From: Nitrospiraceae bacterium
GTDB taxonomy: Bacteria > Nitrospirota > Nitrospiria > Nitrospirales > Nitrospiraceae
Length of the DNA stretch: 64,000 bases
Assembly (NCBI GenBank): GCA_050246315.1
Contig: JBFWWG010000003.1
Location: 192,001 to 256,000, forward strand
Direction of reading: 5' to 3'
Numbering within the stretch: position 1 is the stretch's first letter; every line of letters begins with the position of its first letter. The notes beneath the pieces are model-generated. The model searched no databases. It was not told the origin of the DNA and worked only from the letters and a program-made list of their open reading frames with translations. The position numbers and the translations under genes were made by a program. This document shows, in pieces, positions 61,224-64,000 of the stretch.

Positions 61224-62615
61224 ATGGTGCAAGCCTCCTGCCGTCCGCTTTCGCTGACCGCTTGGATTGTTCGCTCCGGTCTCTTTCTCCTCCCATGGGC
61301 CGCCCTCGTCGCTGTGCCCACCCCCGCACAGGCGCAGGCGGGAAAACCCGAAGGTCTCTACTATAAGTCTTGGGCGGTCGTGGTTGGGATCGAAGACTAT
61401 CTCGTCGCGCCAAAGGTCCCCGGCGCCGCCGCCGACGCCAAGGCCATGGCTGAATCCCTGCGCGGACTCGGCTTTGAGGAAGTGATCGAACTTTACGACA
61501 AGAAGGTCACGTCCAAACAATTCCATTTCATTTTGAACGACGTGTTGCCACGAAAGGTCGGACGGGGCGACCGTTTGGTGTTGTACTTCGCGGGACACGC
61601 CGGCCAGACCACCGATGCGGGCGGGGCTCCCTTGGGCTACCTGGTGCCGTGGGATGCGCAACTGGGGAGCGTGGCGAAGTCCGTAACGCTGGATCAATTG
61701 AAGGAATTCAGCCGGCGGGTGATGGCCAAACATATTTTCCTGATTCTTGATACGCCGGTCACCGGTTGGGACGTGACCGCACCCCAGCAACTCTCGTTAG
61801 AAGGACGCATGGCGCCGGAACAGGATACGGACAAGCGGGCCGTCCAGGTCCTGACTGCGGCGAAGAGTGGAGAAGAGATCGCGCGGTCGGAAACCACCAG
61901 CCTGTTTATGCAGGTCCTGAAGGAGGGCCTGTCGGGACAGGCCGATCGCAACAAGAACGGTTGGTTGATGGCCACGGAATTGGCCTCGTACGTGCAGGAA
62001 CAGGTCGAGGCCCGCTCCAAGGGAACCCAACACCCGCAATTTGCCAGGCTGGACGGGGACGGGGACACGATCCTGATCGAAGGACGGAAGGTCGATTTCA
62101 CTGTCGGAGTCGGTCCCGAGACCGAACAGGAGCGTATGGCAGCAGCCAAGGCCCATTATGATGAGGCGTTCCGCCTCTTGCAGGCCCGCAAGGACCCAGA
62201 AGAAGCCCTGACCCGGTTGAACAAGGCCATTGCCTTGGCCCCCTCCTTCGGCGACGCCTATGTCTTGAAGAGTTACATGCAGTTGGAAGTCCTCCCGAAC
62301 CTGGACGAAGCGTTACAAACCGCGAATTTGGCCGTTGCCCATGCCCCGGAAAATCCGGATTCTCACTACACGCTCGGGCTGATTCAGGAAAAGAATGGAC
62401 GGTATCAGGAAGCGGAACGGGCCTACCTCAAGGCGCTGGAAATCAATCCCGACTATGCCGACGTGCTCCTCTCCCTGGGCCTATTGTACGAGGACCACCT
62501 GAAGCAGGACCAAAAGGCGGCGGATGCCTATCGCCGCTACAGTGAATTGGGCGGAACCGACAGCCGAGCCACCAAGTTCCTCGAAGGCCACGCCCAGCCT
62601 TCGAGCTCGCAGTAA
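61224..62615 (+). CDS. Exported caspase-like (peptidase C14) domain + TPR protein
   Basis: Signal peptide, AVVVGIEDY, YFAGHAG, ILDTP, C-terminal TPRs. Confidence 0.8.
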   Translation: MVQASCRPLSLTAWIVRSGLFLLPWAALVAVPTPAQAQAGKPEGLYYKSWAVVVGIEDYLVAPKVPGAAADAKAMAESLRGLGFEEVIELYDKKVTSKQFHFILNDVLPRKVGRGDRLVLYFAGHAGQTTDAGGAPLGYLVPWDAQLGSVAKSVTLDQLKEFSRRVMAKHIFLILDTPVTGWDVTAPQQLSLEGRMAPEQDTDKRAVQVLTAAKSGEEIARSETTSLFMQVLKEGLSGQADRNKNGWLMATELASYVQEQVEARSKGTQHPQFARLDGDGDTILIEGRKVDFTVGVGPETEQERMAAAKAHYDEAFRLLQARKDPEEALTRLNKAIALAPSFGDAYVLKSYMQLEVLPNLDEALQTANLAVAHAPENPDSHYTLGLIQEKNGRYQEAERAYLKALEINPDYADVLLSLGLLYEDHLKQDQKAADAYRRYSELGGTDSRATKFLEGHAQPSSSQ

Positions 62616-62646
62616 CGGACGTCTTCCCTCGCACCGGCGAGACCGG

Positions 62647-62817
62647 TCAATCCTTTGCTCCTCCCTTCATGTAGCCCAATCCGATCTTCAAGGCTCGTCT
62701 GGTAATTTCCGCCCATCGGGCGACCGGGTACTCGGCCAGTACCGCCGCTGCTTTCGGATCCTGCACATCGAGTTCCACCACGCGAATGATGCCATCTTCG
62801 ATCCTTATCTCAGCCAC
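62647..62817 (-). CDS. Small hypothetical protein (56 aa, below ORF-track cutoff)
   Basis: RBS GAGGAGG then GTG; MAEIRIEDGIIRVVELDVQDPKAAAVLAEYPVARWAEITRRALKIGLGYMKGGAKD. Confidence 0.6.
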   Translation of the reverse strand: MAEIRIEDGIIRVVELDVQDPKAAAVLAEYPVARWAEITRRALKIGLGYMKGGAKD

Positions 62818-62887
62818 AGGGACGCCTCCTCCTCAAATGAGTGACACCTGATATCTGAACTCCGCCTGTCACTTTCGCTGCGTTGCG

Positions 62888-62916
62888 TTGACACCCCCCC
62901 CATCGCATGCTAGCAT
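62888..62916 (+). promoter_or_regulatory. Sigma70-type promoter
   Basis: TTGACA-17 nt-TAGCAT. Confidence 0.5.
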
Positions 62917-62992
62917 CCGCTTGTGCTCATACTTGGAAATACGGATGCGGCGATCGCTCCCGGACCCGGCTTCTAGAGCAAGGAGGAAGGCA

Positions 62993-63565
62993 ATGGTAAC
63001 ACATCAGATCTCGCCGACGCGACGAATGGGGGCCCTGTTCGTACTCCTGCTGGCCCTCGGGCTGACTGCCTGCGGCGGCCCTCCCAAATGGGTCAAACAG
63101 GGATCCGGCGCGTATAATGAAAAGGACGCGAAAAACTTCTACGGGGTCGGGGCCGTAACCGGCGTGCGCAATGAGCCGTTGGCCTGGGATACGGCCGAGA
63201 ATCGCGCCAGGGCCGAGATCGCGAAGACGTTCGATACCTACACCGGCTATCTGATGCGGGACTACGCCGCCTCAACGACCGCCGGAGACTTTACCCGCAA
63301 CACCGAAGAGCAGAACGTCGAGCGGGCGATCAAGACCATCACGACCACCACCCTGTCCGGCGTGCGTCCCATCGACCGGTACAAGGACGACAAGACCAGT
63401 CCTCCCACGTATTATGTTCTGACGAAACTCAGCCTTGACGACATGAAAGAAAACATGATGAAGGCCAAGGAATTGAACGCCGAGGTCCGTGACTATGTGC
63501 GAAAGAATGCTGATCGATTGTTCGAGCGACTGGAACAGGAAGAGGAAAAGCGCGGCATCAGATGA
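62993..63565 (+). CDS. LPP20-like lipoprotein
   Basis: RBS AGGAGG; lipobox LTAC; PPKWV, AENRARAEIAK. Confidence 0.75.
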   Translation: MVTHQISPTRRMGALFVLLLALGLTACGGPPKWVKQGSGAYNEKDAKNFYGVGAVTGVRNEPLAWDTAENRARAEIAKTFDTYTGYLMRDYAASTTAGDFTRNTEEQNVERAIKTITTTTLSGVRPIDRYKDDKTSPPTYYVLTKLSLDDMKENMMKAKELNAEVRDYVRKNADRLFERLEQEEEKRGIR

Positions 63566-63659
63566 ACCGGCCCTTGCGGAGTTTGATCCGCCGCAGCATG
63601 CGGCTTCGTTCAGGACGGCCGGTCTGATACAGCGGTGTGGACATCGGCTCTGGCCCGGC

Positions 63660-64000
63660 TTGATTCTCTTGACGCTGCTGACCGGGTGCGGGCATGAGAC
63701 AAGAGTCACGCGGGTTGATACCGGCGTCGTCACCGACCTGAGCGGCCGGTGGAACGACACGGACTCTCGTATGGTCGCCGAAGAGATGGTCAAGGCCTCG
63801 CTCGGCAGTCCCTGGCTGACTGGTTACCAACAGGAGAAGCGTCGGCAACCGGTCGTCATCGTCGGCACCGTCGCCAACCGCAGCCACGAGCACATCAACG
63901 TCCAAACGTTCATCAACGACCTCTCACGTGAGCTCATCAACTCAGGCAAAGTGAAGTTCGTCTCGTCTAAAGGAGAGAGGGATGAGATTCGGGAGGAACG
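63660..64000 (+). CDS. LpoB-like lipoprotein (partial; start uncertain)
   Basis: Frame reads LLTGCGHETRVTRVD..DLSGRWNDTDSR..VANRSHEHIN; ATGs at 63562 and 63598 are out of frame, so either a TTG start or a frameshift. Confidence 0.65.
   Translation, partial: MILLTLLTGCGHETRVTRVDTGVVTDLSGRWNDTDSRMVAEEMVKASLGSPWLTGYQQEKRRQPVVIVGTVANRSHEHINVQTFINDLSRELINSGKVKFVSSKGERDEIREE

Noticed and set aside
1..64000. Second DGR variable repeat in the window
   Set aside because: No other FGE/CLec gene or TR-like sequence was seen by eye; remote targets elsewhere in the genome cannot be excluded.

Overview
A GC-rich bacterial chromosomal segment. The gene set and style (nirK with a Crp/Fnr regulator, ppdK, an HdrB-like protein, sthA, a small Zn-ribbon protein) suggest Nitrospira/Nitrospirota; this is an inference. 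Most of the window is housekeeping: ndk, gcvH-lpdA-comEA-tyrS-tRNA-Gly, tkt, the sulfate ABC operon, glyQS, ppdK, ribD, ribE and acs. There are two accessory regions. The first lies downstream of tRNA-Gly and holds two sigma54 promoters, tandem MFS genes and an NtrC-type two-component system. The second is a toxin-antitoxin-rich island between ribE and acs (~50.8-59.1 kb). The highlight is a complete diversity-generating retroelement (DGR) on the minus strand in that island, in the order target gene, hairpin, avd, reverse transcriptase, template repeat (TR). The 121-bp TR (52824-52944) and variable repeat (VR, 54498-54618) differ at 17 positions, and all 17 are TR adenines. The target is not a phage tail fibre. 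It is a STAND-type NTPase + transmembrane segment + FGE/C-type-lectin-fold protein, translationally coupled to an upstream SIR2-domain gene, i.e. a candidate hypermutated immune-like sensor paired with an NADase effector. A dispersed CTAG-flanked MITE family has at least 6 copies, one of which demonstrably splits a gene. A duplicated acs 3' end brackets a hicBA cassette.
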